64,000 nt of DNA from Alphaproteobacteria bacterium. Lineage in GTDB: Bacteria > Pseudomonadota > Alphaproteobacteria > Rs-D84 > SZUA-605. Position 1 is the stretch's first letter. Each line of letters begins with the position of its first letter. Location: the NCBI GenBank assembly GCA_031549385.1, contig JAVBPW010000005.1:1-64000 (forward strand). Reading direction: 5' to 3'. Positions 51,133-63,052 of the stretch are shown here, in pieces. A program made the translations under genes and the position numbers. A model generated the notes under the pieces. The model made no database searches and was not told the DNA's origin. It saw nothing but the letters and a program-made list of their open reading frames with translations.

Positions 51133-51884
51133 ATATCTTTACGCTTTTTTGTTAGGTCTCTTGGTTGTTGAGGTATTGGATCAAAACCAAATGTTGCGTC
51201 TGCCTCATGAAGTTCTTTTAACATCATTTTTTCATAATTGCGAGCTATTTCTTCAATTTCTTTGTCTGTTGCATCTTTTTTTACTATTAAAGGCTTGGAA
51301 AAATTTAAAACTGTTTTTCTGAAAAATCTTGGAATGAAGTATCTGTCCCAGTTTTTTGTTATTTTTCCTTTTTCGGAACTCCAAGCTAATGAATATATTG
51401 GGACTTGTAGTTTAGATGAAAAATAAAATGGTGAAAAAGCTTTTATTACAAATCTTGGTCCTGTTGGTCCATCGATTGTTAATGCAATTGAAGTATTGTT
51501 TTTTAGTGCTTTATAAATGGCTACTGCGGCGGCTTTTGAGTTTTCATTTGTTGAACCTCTTATTGCGCCTATTTTAAATCTTGTCATTATCTTTTCCATG
51601 AATATTCCATCACGATGAGTCGAAAAAATTGCTGCAGCATCATATTTACCTTTGAAAGTTGTTCTCCAAAATGGACCTACTACTAAACTTCTGCCATGCC
51701 AAAATAATAAAATCCCAGGACCTTTTGATAAAGTTTCTTTAAAGATGTCTATATTTTTGAATTTTATTCTTAGTGATTTATATAAGGCATATACATAAAG
51801 ATAGAGTATCCATGATACTATGAATACTACTACTTTACTAGTTCCGAGTGATTTGAAGAAATCATTTATGTAATTTTTTTTCAT
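51129..51884 (-). CDS. DUF374 lysophospholipid acyltransferase family (LpxJ-like)
   Basis: FWHGR, STHRDG, IRGS, TIDGPTGP, WDRYFIP. Confidence 0.88.
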   Translation of the reverse strand: MKKNYINDFFKSLGTSKVVVFIVSWILYLYVYALYKSLRIKFKNIDIFKETLSKGPGILLFWHGRSLVVGPFWRTTFKGKYDAAAIFSTHRDGIFMEKIMTRFKIGAIRGSTNENSKAAAVAIYKALKNNTSIALTIDGPTGPRFVIKAFSPFYFSSKLQVPIYSLAWSSEKGKITKNWDRYFIPRFFRKTVLNFSKPLIVKKDATDKEIEEIARNYEKMMLKELHEADATFGFDPIPQQPRDLTKKRKDI

Positions 51885-53085
51885 CTTTAATTTTTTGCTT
51901 TGTCTTTTCTAATTTTTTTTCTGTTTCTTTTACTTGTTTCTCAGAGATTTTACCTCTTTTTGAAGCATAATCTAAATTTTGCTCAATGTAAAGAGATTGT
52001 GAAGGGTAGGCAAAATGAGCACCATAACAATCAACTATATTCTTAATTGCAATAACAAGTCTTTCTTTTATTACTAAATATTCTGCCCATCTGTCTGAGG
52101 TTGTAAAGCAATAAATTAAAAGGTCTATTGATGATTTGCTGAATTCAGAAATTTTAACTTGAAATGGAAGTTTTCCTTTTTGAATACCTTCATCTTGTAA
52201 TAAATATGTTTCAATCTCATTTCTGATTGCTTGTAATTGCATAACTGATGTTCTGTATTCTAAACTTACAATCCATTCTATACGGCGATTTTGTCTTTCT
52301 GATAAATTTATAACAGCAAAATCAGCCAATTCAGAGTTTGGAATATAAATAGGCGCTTGGTCGTATTTTCTGATTTTTGTTGAACGGAAACCTATGTGTT
52401 CCACTGTTCCTGTTACTTCGTCTGATTTTTCTACTTTTATACGATCACCAACTGCAAATCGTTTTTCTGAAATGATTGTGATACCTGCTAAGATATTTTT
52501 AAATAAGTCTTTTGCACCTAATGCAACAGCCATACCAAATAGTCCTAATCCAGCTATGATTGGTCCAATTTGTACTCCCCAAATTTCAAGAATTAATGCA
52601 AAACCTGTAAATACAAGAACTATACGGAAGAATTTTATTATCCATTCTACTACTGGAGTTGTGAACTTTTTTGAATAGTTGTTCATTATCATTGCTATTG
52701 GATTTACAATGTTGTAGATAATCCAAAAAGATGAGAATATCCATAATGTCCTTATTATGTTGTGTTGAATGTTTAACCAAAATACAGAATTTGGTGTTAG
52801 TGATAAAAGTGCAAAATATAAACCTAATGCTATTGGTAAAAACTTTAATGGTTCTTCAAGTTCTTTTATTAATTCCATTCTGATATCTGGATGTTTGCGA
52901 AGAACTAATGTTTCTATATTTAAAACTATAAATTTTTTGATTAAATTTCGAAGAGTTAGAAAGAATACAACTATGATTAATGCCTTAATCCATTTAGCAT
53001 CTGGATTTATTAAAACCCAATTGATTGCTTGATATATATATTGATAGATTTGGTCAAACCATTGTATAGCGTTTTCTGTGTTCAT
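51862..53085 (-). CDS. mscS: Small-conductance mechanosensitive channel
   Basis: AGLGLFGMAVALGAKD, FAVGDRI, GTVEHIGFRST, IPNS. Confidence 0.92.
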   Translation of the reverse strand: MNTENAIQWFDQIYQYIYQAINWVLINPDAKWIKALIIVVFFLTLRNLIKKFIVLNIETLVLRKHPDIRMELIKELEEPLKFLPIALGLYFALLSLTPNSVFWLNIQHNIIRTLWIFSSFWIIYNIVNPIAMIMNNYSKKFTTPVVEWIIKFFRIVLVFTGFALILEIWGVQIGPIIAGLGLFGMAVALGAKDLFKNILAGITIISEKRFAVGDRIKVEKSDEVTGTVEHIGFRSTKIRKYDQAPIYIPNSELADFAVINLSERQNRRIEWIVSLEYRTSVMQLQAIRNEIETYLLQDEGIQKGKLPFQVKISEFSKSSIDLLIYCFTTSDRWAEYLVIKERLVIAIKNIVDCYGAHFAYPSQSLYIEQNLDYASKRGKISEKQVKETEKKLEKTKQKIKDEKKLHK

Positions 53086-53208
53086 TTAAAATTCTCTCCT
53101 TACTTTTTTTATTGTAACATGTAGAGATTTGAAAATCAATAATATTGAAATAAAAAAACCGGCATGGAAGCCGGTTGTCATTGTTTGGATTTGTTGATTG
53201 GTTTTGAA

Positions 53209-53706
53209 CTACACGGTTGCCAATATCGGTGCCGTTACTTTTTCCAATACGAAAGGACCTCGTTCATTTTCACTTTTTCGATAAATAATCTCAGTGAAGT
53301 CGATTTCGGTGAAAGGAATTTCTCTTATTCCTCGAGGGCCGGCTACATAAAAATGGTCTTTTTTGGGTTCTATTTCAGAAGTGATGCTTTTTAAATAAGT
53401 CACATCTTCGGGAATGTTTCCCCAATAAAGTTTTTCTTTTATTGATCGGAAAACCTGACGAAAAACTTTCACTTTTTTGCTTTCTCCTTCACCTTCGGTG
53501 GTGTAGATGAGAAACATACACATCTTGTCTTCTTTTGTAGCAATTTCTATCAATTCTGAATTTGCTTCTCCAAGTGTGTCGAAGTCTTCAGTTAGTGGAA
53601 TTTCACCCGGATAAAAGCCCAACAGGTTGTTAGGGTTACGTTCTTGTCCTTCTTGAGGCATGAAAAATCCTTCAAGTAATAGTAATGCTTTGTATTTCTT
53701 GTCCAT
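53209..53706 (-). CDS. Orphan protein (cassette)
   Basis: 165-aa ORF; terminator 53152-53176; atypical codon usage. Confidence 0.75.
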   Translation of the reverse strand: MDKKYKALLLLEGFFMPQEGQERNPNNLLGFYPGEIPLTEDFDTLGEANSELIEIATKEDKMCMFLIYTTEGEGESKKVKVFRQVFRSIKEKLYWGNIPEDVTYLKSITSEIEPKKDHFYVAGPRGIREIPFTEIDFTEIIYRKSENERGPFVLEKVTAPILATV

Positions 53707-53776
53707 TTTTTTTGATTTTTAAGTTTATAAATTATTGATTTGTTTAAAAATTAACTTTTATCTTTCAAAATGTCAA
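53707..53776 (-). promoter_or_regulatory. Cassette promoter/leader module
   Basis: TTGACA-N17-TAATTT-N21-AAACTTAAAAATCAA-AAAAA-ATG on the minus strand. Confidence 0.75.
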
Positions 53777-53951
53777 GAAAATTATAATATTTAAGAAATA
53801 TTATCGAAATTAGCTATTTTGCTTGACTTTGAGGCAAAAAGATTCTATTTTTACTTAGTTTTCTGGGGTACGACGGAAGACAATTAATTTTAACCGTGCA
53901 AGACCGACACAAATTAGTGTTTGGCGAAGTCAATATAAAGAAATTTTCAAA

Positions 53952-55640
53952 ATGGATAAAAAAAATTTAAATATGACTAATCAAGAATTTGAAGCATTGC
54001 TTGATTCTTATAAATCTCAACCTAAAGAAGGTTACTTAACTAAAGCTACTATTATCAATATCGATAAAAATATGGTTATCTTAGACGTTGGTCTTAAGAC
54101 AGAAAGCTATATTCCAAGACGTGAGTTTGGTGCTGATGAAATCAAAGCCGGCGATATTGTAGACGTGTTCGTTGAAAGATACGAAGGTCCTAATGGCTAT
54201 GTAGTTGCTTCTCGTGATAAAGCAAGACGTGAAGAAACTTGGTCTAAATTGGAAGAAAAAATTGCTAATAAAGAAAAAATCGAAGGTGTTATTACAGAAA
54301 GAATCCGTGGTGGATTTATTGTTGATCTTTACGGAGTGCTTGCATTCATGCCTGGATCACAAGCTGATGTAAGACCACTTCATAATCAAGATGAACTTGT
54401 TGGAAAAAAACAAGAATTCAAAGTTTTGAAAATGGATTATCAACGTTCAAATGTTATCGTTTCTCATCGTGCTGTGCTTGAAGAAGCTCAAGGTGAAAAA
54501 AGAAAAGAAATGATGAAAAACCTTAAAGTAGGGGATGTTGTTGAAGGAACTATTAAAAATATTACTGACTATGGTGTATTTATAGACCTTGGCGGAATTG
54601 ATGGACTTTTACATGTAATCGATCTTTCTTGGAAACGTGTTAATCACCCAAAAGAAATGTTGTCTGTTGGAGAAGCTATTAAAGTGAAAATCATCGGATA
54701 TGATGAAGAAACTCAAAGAATTTCTTTAGGATTAAAACAATTAACTGAAGATCCATACAAAGAATTAATGAAAAATATTAAAGTTGGAGACATTTTAGAT
54801 GGAAAAGTTTCATCTGTTGCTGACTATGGTGTTTTTGTTGAAATTGAAGGTGGTTTAGAAGGTTTAGTTCATGTGTCTGAAATGTCTTGGACTAAGAAAA
54901 ATGTTCATCCTTCAAAATTAGTTTCTGTTGGAGATAAAGTTAAAGTAAAAGTATTAGAAGAAGATGCTGAAAAAAGAAGACTATCATTTGGTATTAAACA
55001 AACTGAAGCTAATCCTTGGGATGCTTATGCTCAAAATCATAAATCAGGGGATGTAGTTGAGGGAATTGTTAAAAATATTACTGAATTCGGTTTATTCGTA
55101 TCTTTAGGTAATGATTTAGATGGTATGGTTCATATCGGAGATCTTGATTGGGACAGAAAAGGTGAAGAAGCTATTAAAGACTATAAAGTTGGTGATAAAG
55201 TTTCTGCTAAAATCTTGGAAATCAATCCTGAAAAAGAAAGAATTTCTCTTGGTATTAAACAAATCAAAGAAGATAGAGCTGAAGATAATTTGTCTAGATT
55301 AAAAAAGAATGATATTGTTACAGCTGTTATTAAAGAAATTACAGAAGATGCTTTAGTAGTAGATATTAATGGTATCAAAGGATTAATTGATAGAATTGAT
55401 TTGTCTATTGAAAAATCTGAACAAAGAACTGAAAGATTTGCAGTTGAAACTAAAATAGATGCTAAAGTTGTTTCAGTTTCTAAAAAAGATAAGACTGTTA
55501 AATTATCAGTAAAAGCTTTGGAACAAGACGAAGAAAAGAAAATGGTTAAAGAATATGGTTCTACTGAAAGTGGAGCTCAATTGAAAGACATTTTCGGAGC
55601 TGCGTTAGAAGAAGCTGAAGCTAAAAAGTTTAAGAAGTAA
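53952..55640 (+). CDS. rpsA: 30S ribosomal protein S1
   Basis: Six S1 domains (DYGVFIDLGGIDGLLH, EGLVHVSEMSW). Confidence 0.98.
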   Translation: MDKKNLNMTNQEFEALLDSYKSQPKEGYLTKATIINIDKNMVILDVGLKTESYIPRREFGADEIKAGDIVDVFVERYEGPNGYVVASRDKARREETWSKLEEKIANKEKIEGVITERIRGGFIVDLYGVLAFMPGSQADVRPLHNQDELVGKKQEFKVLKMDYQRSNVIVSHRAVLEEAQGEKRKEMMKNLKVGDVVEGTIKNITDYGVFIDLGGIDGLLHVIDLSWKRVNHPKEMLSVGEAIKVKIIGYDEETQRISLGLKQLTEDPYKELMKNIKVGDILDGKVSSVADYGVFVEIEGGLEGLVHVSEMSWTKKNVHPSKLVSVGDKVKVKVLEEDAEKRRLSFGIKQTEANPWDAYAQNHKSGDVVEGIVKNITEFGLFVSLGNDLDGMVHIGDLDWDRKGEEAIKDYKVGDKVSAKILEINPEKERISLGIKQIKEDRAEDNLSRLKKNDIVTAVIKEITEDALVVDINGIKGLIDRIDLSIEKSEQRTERFAVETKIDAKVVSVSKKDKTVKLSVKALEQDEEKKMVKEYGSTESGAQLKDIFGAALEEAEAKKFKK

Positions 55641-55781
55641 TAGTTTTACTTTTTAATATATTGGTTTTGAGTAATGTTATTTACTCAAAACCTTTTTCTT
55701 AATTTAAAATAGGAGGTTGTTTTCATTTATTGATTTTTATTTTTCAAATATGCTAAATTAACGCTTATAAAAGGAGTTTAT

Positions 55782-57242
55782 ATGTTTAAATATGGTGAAA
55801 AAGAAGTTCTTAAAGATTTAACTGATTTTGCTAAAGTAGGTTATGGTGCTGATTTTGTACCTTCATTTTATAAAAAAGTTAAAGAGTTTTTAACTCCAGA
55901 AATGAAAAATTTTAAAAAATACTATGAAGATAAAAACCATTTATTACAATTTTATTTTGTGGATGATTATTTTGATTATCGTGAAGAAGATATAAAAGAA
56001 AAACGAAAAACTATATATTGTTCAAAAGAATTTCAATCAAAAAAGTGGAGAAAAGATTTTGAAAAATATTATAAAAACTTTTTAAAGTTTTTACCAAATA
56101 AAGAAAGAAGAGATAGGTTTATAGACCCTAAGGTTGATTATATAATAAACTCTGGTCGAAGGGGAGCATTGGCTTTTACTTCTTTAGATTATATTTTAGG
56201 GAGGAATGAGTTGAATCATTGTACTTATATTTTTATGTTAAATAATTTTAATTCACCTTATACTATGATGCATACTTTTTTTCATGAAATGTGCCACATT
56301 GTTCAGATTAATAAGTACTATCCAAATATTTATAATGAATATAGGAAAAAAGTATGTGAAATACGTGAAAATGATTCTACAAGAATTAGAATTAATGAAT
56401 TTCGTAAAATAGATATAGAATATGATGATTTTTTTAGAAAATCAGATTATGAAAAAGAAGTTTGTGCTGATATATTTGGACCTTTTTGTGCTTTATTAAT
56501 TGCTTATAAAAGTCAAGATGTTGAGTTTATTAGATTTATAAAACATTTTATAAATAGAGTTAGTTTATATAAAGGCTTAAAAAAAGTAACTGGAAATAGT
56601 GATGGATTAGATTATTTTGCAAGACCTATTTTGAAATATATTATTCCTACTTTATCTGAAAAGAATTATGTGAAATTTTTTGATAAAAGTGGATATATTG
56701 ATTATGATTCTGTTTATGATTATTGCTTTAAATTTTTTAAAAAATATTGTTATAAATATGATGATTATAAGGATTTTGTTGATAAAGAAAGAAAACTTAT
56801 TGATGATGAAAAGAAAAAATTGAAAGACTTAAAAAAAGGAAAATCTGATGAAGAGGCTGAAAAACTTGAAATAAGAGCTTTTATGAATCTCCAAAAGAAA
56901 TATCCTAAAAATAAAATAATGAAAGATCTTATGGATGCTTATAATGAATATAAAAATTCTAAATTAACAAAAGAAGAACAGTTTTTTGAAGTATTTAGAG
57001 ATAAGTTATATAATGTTCCTTTAAATGTTTCTCTTAGAGATTGTAACGTTGTTAGAAATGAGCTTTTTGAAATTAGAAAAATTTCTAATAATTATTTAGA
57101 TAGAAAACAAAAATATAATAGAACGAAATTTGTAAAAAAAATGAAGAAGCAATACCCTTCACCTTTTATGAAAAAATATAAAAAATTAGAAAGTAGAGTG
57201 AAGAGTTTGTTTAGTAAAAAGAAAAGTGTTAAGAAAAAGTAA
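55782..57242 (+). CDS. Hypothetical protein with zincin HEXXH motif
   Basis: HTFFHEMCH plus downstream EVCAD; basic C-terminus. Confidence 0.7.
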   Translation: MFKYGEKEVLKDLTDFAKVGYGADFVPSFYKKVKEFLTPEMKNFKKYYEDKNHLLQFYFVDDYFDYREEDIKEKRKTIYCSKEFQSKKWRKDFEKYYKNFLKFLPNKERRDRFIDPKVDYIINSGRRGALAFTSLDYILGRNELNHCTYIFMLNNFNSPYTMMHTFFHEMCHIVQINKYYPNIYNEYRKKVCEIRENDSTRIRINEFRKIDIEYDDFFRKSDYEKEVCADIFGPFCALLIAYKSQDVEFIRFIKHFINRVSLYKGLKKVTGNSDGLDYFARPILKYIIPTLSEKNYVKFFDKSGYIDYDSVYDYCFKFFKKYCYKYDDYKDFVDKERKLIDDEKKKLKDLKKGKSDEEAEKLEIRAFMNLQKKYPKNKIMKDLMDAYNEYKNSKLTKEEQFFEVFRDKLYNVPLNVSLRDCNVVRNELFEIRKISNNYLDRKQKYNRTKFVKKMKKQYPSPFMKKYKKLESRVKSLFSKKKSVKKK

Positions 57243-57287
57243 ATAAAAAAATCCCGAAGTAAATAGGGATTTTTCTTTAGCTCCGTT

Positions 57288-59717
<2,430 letters not shown>

Positions 59718-59782
59718 TTAAAAAGCTTTCGGCAAGCAAAAAATTGTTGTTTTTTAGTCTTTTTTATAATATAATGATGTTT

Positions 59783-60391
59783 ATGAAGAGGGGAGTTTTT
59801 AGTTTTTGTTTTTTGATTGTAAGTGCTTATATTTCAAGCTCTTTTGCACAAAAAATTGTTGACAATGAAAAAGATTGTAATTTGATGCTACGTAGAAAAT
59901 TTTTGCAGTTTTGTGATAATGGTCAGGAATTGAATAATTACAAAGAATGTTTAGAATCAGAGTATGAACAAATGTCTAAATATTTAAATATAGAATCAGA
60001 AATGCCAGAGTGTATTAATGAAGCTAAGACAGAATATAATGCATTTAAAGTTCAACAAAAAGAATTGCAGAATAATCAGAGTCAAAATTCAAGTGAGTGT
60101 ATAAAATCAAAACAAAATTTAAGTGCTGTTGAATATTGTGTTAGGTATGCTAAATCACTTGGTGAATTTAGAATGAGAAGTTATTCTAATAGATATAAAA
60201 TTGATAATATGTGTGGTGAAAAAGTTATTGGAAATAACTCTGTGAGAAATGCTATATATAATTTAGTTTTTCAAAAAAATATAATTGTGATTGATCCATC
60301 ATTAATTATGCTTACTGAAGATTATAATAAAGGTATGGATAAAATTTATAATGAGTATTTGGCAAAAACCAAAATGTTTTGTGGGGAATAA
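59783..60391 (+). CDS. Secreted Cys-containing hypothetical protein
   Basis: Signal peptide MKRG...SSFA; eight Cys in the mature part. Confidence 0.7.
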   Translation: MKRGVFSFCFLIVSAYISSSFAQKIVDNEKDCNLMLRRKFLQFCDNGQELNNYKECLESEYEQMSKYLNIESEMPECINEAKTEYNAFKVQQKELQNNQSQNSSECIKSKQNLSAVEYCVRYAKSLGEFRMRSYSNRYKIDNMCGEKVIGNNSVRNAIYNLVFQKNIIVIDPSLIMLTEDYNKGMDKIYNEYLAKTKMFCGE

Positions 60392-60524
60392 TTTTGAAAA
60401 TTTGTTGCGAAGCAAAAGAATTGAAAATTATTCTTGTTTTTATGAATTTTGTTAGGAATTTTTGTTTCTAGTTTTTAATCAAATTTTATGATATAATTAG
60501 CAAAATTATTTAAAGGAGTATCTT

Positions 60525-61259
60525 ATGTTTTTTACAGAAAAACCAGCAATTTCTATTATAGTTACTGTATATAATGATGCAAAACATTTAGAAGGTTGTA
60601 TCGAATCTATACTTGCTCAAACTTTTACCAGATTTGAAGTTATTATTGTTGATGATGGATCAACTGATAATAGTTTGAAAATATGCAAAGATTATGAATT
60701 ACAAGATAGAAGAATAAGAGTTTATCATCAAAAACATCAAGGAGCTATTGTTGCTCGTAATTTTGCTATTACTATTGCTAAAGGGGAATATATATTTCCT
60801 ATGTATGGTGATGATAAATTAAACGAAAGTGCTTTGTTTAAAATGTATGAAGCAATTCAAAACCAAGCGGCTGATGTGGTTTATTCTAATACTGAAACTT
60901 TTGATAACAGTAATGATATTATTGAAATGTCATTACCTGATAGAAATAACCCTTCAGGATGTGATATTAGTGTTTGCTCTGCGCTTTATAAAAAGGGAGA
61001 TTGGAAGAATTATCAAGGTTATGACCCTAATGTTGATTCTGATTTAAATCATTGGGAGTTTTGGCTTAACTTTATTGAAGATAGCAAGAAAATTGTAAAA
61101 CTTGATGATGCTTTGGTTTATTACAGAGAAAAAACAACTAATGTTTCTCCTGAAGATAAAAAACGAGTATTTGAATATTCTAAAAATAAACATAAGAAGC
61201 TTTATAATGCCCCTTTTGGAATGTTGCTTGATAGTGTTAAGAAATTATTCAAATTGTAA
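60525..61259 (+). CDS. Glycosyltransferase family 2
   Basis: ISIIVTVYN, IIVDDGSTD, GAIVARN; the DXD region is altered (YGDD). Confidence 0.88.
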   Translation: MFFTEKPAISIIVTVYNDAKHLEGCIESILAQTFTRFEVIIVDDGSTDNSLKICKDYELQDRRIRVYHQKHQGAIVARNFAITIAKGEYIFPMYGDDKLNESALFKMYEAIQNQAADVVYSNTETFDNSNDIIEMSLPDRNNPSGCDISVCSALYKKGDWKNYQGYDPNVDSDLNHWEFWLNFIEDSKKIVKLDDALVYYREKTTNVSPEDKKRVFEYSKNKHKKLYNAPFGMLLDSVKKLFKL

Positions 61260-61284
61260 TAAAAAAGGTGGCAAAAGCCACCTT
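61260..61284. terminator. Bidirectional terminator, direct-repeat copy A
   Basis: TAAAAAAGGTGGC-AAAA-GCCACCTT. Confidence 0.8.
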
Positions 61285-61295
61285 TTGTTTTTTAT

Positions 61296-61712
61296 TTACC
61301 AGTCGATACATCGTCTTCCGGTTTTAACTTCTTTCCACTGACTATCATTTCCATATCCTTCAATAATATAACCAATGAGGAGTCCGTTGAAGTATAATTC
61401 AGTGTGGCGAAAATCTCCTAAAGCTGGATTTTTCTTTATTTCAACATTTCCTGTTTTCAGTTCGTCCATATAAAGAAGGGGAATTTTGGAAAGAGTGCCA
61501 CTGACAAGCCAACGCATTACAAAAGGCGCATCAATAAACCCGATTTTTTCTTTTTCTTCTGATAATAATTCAGCAGGTGCCAATTTTCCTTTGGGAGTAA
61601 ATTTGATTTTTAAGAACTTTTTGAGTTCTTTATTCCAGACTATACCAAGGTCTTCACCTGATTTGCTCATAAAATCATAAGCAATGCTTGTTTGGGGAAT
61701 TTTTGAATCCAT
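61296..61712 (-). CDS. Orphan protein (cassette)
   Basis: 138-aa ORF preceded by TTGACA-N17-TAATTT and AAACTTAAAAATCAA (61732-61718). Confidence 0.75.
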   Translation of the reverse strand: MDSKIPQTSIAYDFMSKSGEDLGIVWNKELKKFLKIKFTPKGKLAPAELLSEEKEKIGFIDAPFVMRWLVSGTLSKIPLLYMDELKTGNVEIKKNPALGDFRHTELYFNGLLIGYIIEGYGNDSQWKEVKTGRRCIDW

Positions 61713-61778
61713 AAAATTTGATTTTTAAGTTTTAGAATGTTTTTAAATTAATATAAGGGTTTAATTTTGTCAAGGAAT

Positions 61779-61803
61779 TAAAAAAGGTGGCGTTAGCCAC
61801 CTT
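61779..61803 (-). terminator. rplI terminator, direct-repeat copy B
   Basis: TAAAAAAGGTGGC-GTTA-GCCACCTT. Confidence 0.8.
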
Positions 61804-61822
61804 ATTTATTTTTTCAAAGATA

Positions 61823-62272
61823 TTATTCTTGAGTGTTTGTTACAACTACATCAATTAAAGCTGAAACTTCTGGGTGAAGAGCAATCTTCACTTTGAATGT
61901 TCCTAATTCTTTGATTGGGGTGTTAATTATTACATTGTGTGTAGTTAATTTGATACCTAAATCTTTTAACAATTCTAAGATATCTTTTGGAGATACTGAT
62001 CCAAATAATCGGCCTGTATCACCAGCTTGTCTTACGATTGTGAAAGATTTACCATTCAAAGTATCTGCTATGCTTTGTGCTTTTTCTTTTTGTAGTTTGC
62101 TTTCAAGTTCAATGTCTTTTTTCATATCTGCAAATACTTTTGTATTTTGAGCATTTGCTTTTAATGCTTTTTTTAGTGGAAACAAGAAGTTTCTTGCATA
62201 TCCTGCTTTTACTTCCACTGTATCGCCGAGATGACCTAATTTTTCTATTTTTTCTAATAATATTACTTTCAT
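61823..62272 (-). CDS. rplI: 50S ribosomal protein L9
   Basis: MKVILL, VKAGYARNFL, GRLFGSV, PIKELG; SD GAGGTG. Confidence 0.97.
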   Translation of the reverse strand: MKVILLEKIEKLGHLGDTVEVKAGYARNFLFPLKKALKANAQNTKVFADMKKDIELESKLQKEKAQSIADTLNGKSFTIVRQAGDTGRLFGSVSPKDILELLKDLGIKLTTHNVIINTPIKELGTFKVKIALHPEVSALIDVVVTNTQE

Positions 62273-62284
62273 ATTATTCACCTC

Positions 62285-62506
62285 TTATTTGTTGTTTCTT
62301 ACGAATGGAAGAAGACCAATTATTCTTGCTCTTTTAATTGCTAGTGCTAATTGTCTTTGGTTCTTTGGTTTTACCCCAGTTATACGTGATGGTAAAATTT
62401 TTCCACGTTCTGATATATATTTTTCTAATAAAACTATATTTTTATAGTCTATTACTTTACCTTCAAGTGGATCACTCTTCTTGCGAAATACTAATGATTT
62501 AACCAT
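62285..62506 (-). CDS. rpsR: 30S ribosomal protein S18 (Cys-less form)
   Basis: [31 protein letters not shown]. Confidence 0.97.
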   Translation of the reverse strand: MVKSLVFRKKSDPLEGKVIDYKNIVLLEKYISERGKILPSRITGVKPKNQRQLALAIKRARIIGLLPFVRNNK

Positions 62507-62508
62507 AA

Positions 62509-62868
62509 TTATGCTCCTTCTTGTTCAGTTTCAGTTGTTTCTTCTTTTTTGTTTTTCAACATTGAAGAAATAGTTTTATCTTTTGAATCTAGAGATATTG
62601 TCATAAATCTGATAACGTCGTCAGAAATTCTTAAATTTCTTTCAAGTTCAGTAATTGCAGCAGCTGGGCCGTCAATTCTTAACATATGATAATATGCTTT
62701 TTTATTCTTGTTGATTGGGTATGCTAGTGATAACAACCCCCAGTTTTCTTTGTAGAAAACTTCAGCTTTTGAATTAGATAAGATTTTTTCAAAATTCTTT
62801 ACTAAGTCATCTGCTTGAGCGGGAGTTAAATCCCTACGTGATACTATCACGGTTTCAAAGTATGCCAT
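62509..62868 (-). CDS. rpsF: 30S ribosomal protein S6
   Basis: MAYFET, ENWG...[17 protein letters not shown]; SD AAGGAG. Confidence 0.96.
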   Translation of the reverse strand: MAYFETVIVSRRDLTPAQADDLVKNFEKILSNSKAEVFYKENWGLLSLAYPINKNKKAYYHMLRIDGPAAAITELERNLRISDDVIRFMTISLDSKDKTISSMLKNKKEETTETEQEGA

Positions 62869-63052
62869 AATGTTCTCCTTATGGTTAGCGTTTAACTTAT
62901 TGTTAATGCCATCTGAGAAATCATTTCCCAGAAAGGACATGGGTAGAAGTTATATGTTTTTAGTCTATAAGTCAAGGAAAAAAGATGTTTATCCTTGTAA
63001 TTGTCAAATTATCATTTATATTAAATAGGAAATTTAATCCGAGGATAATTAT

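Noticed and set aside
62869-62940. N-terminal extension of S6 in the ORF track
   Set aside because: The AAGGAG SD precedes the ATG at 62868; the upstream part is leader.
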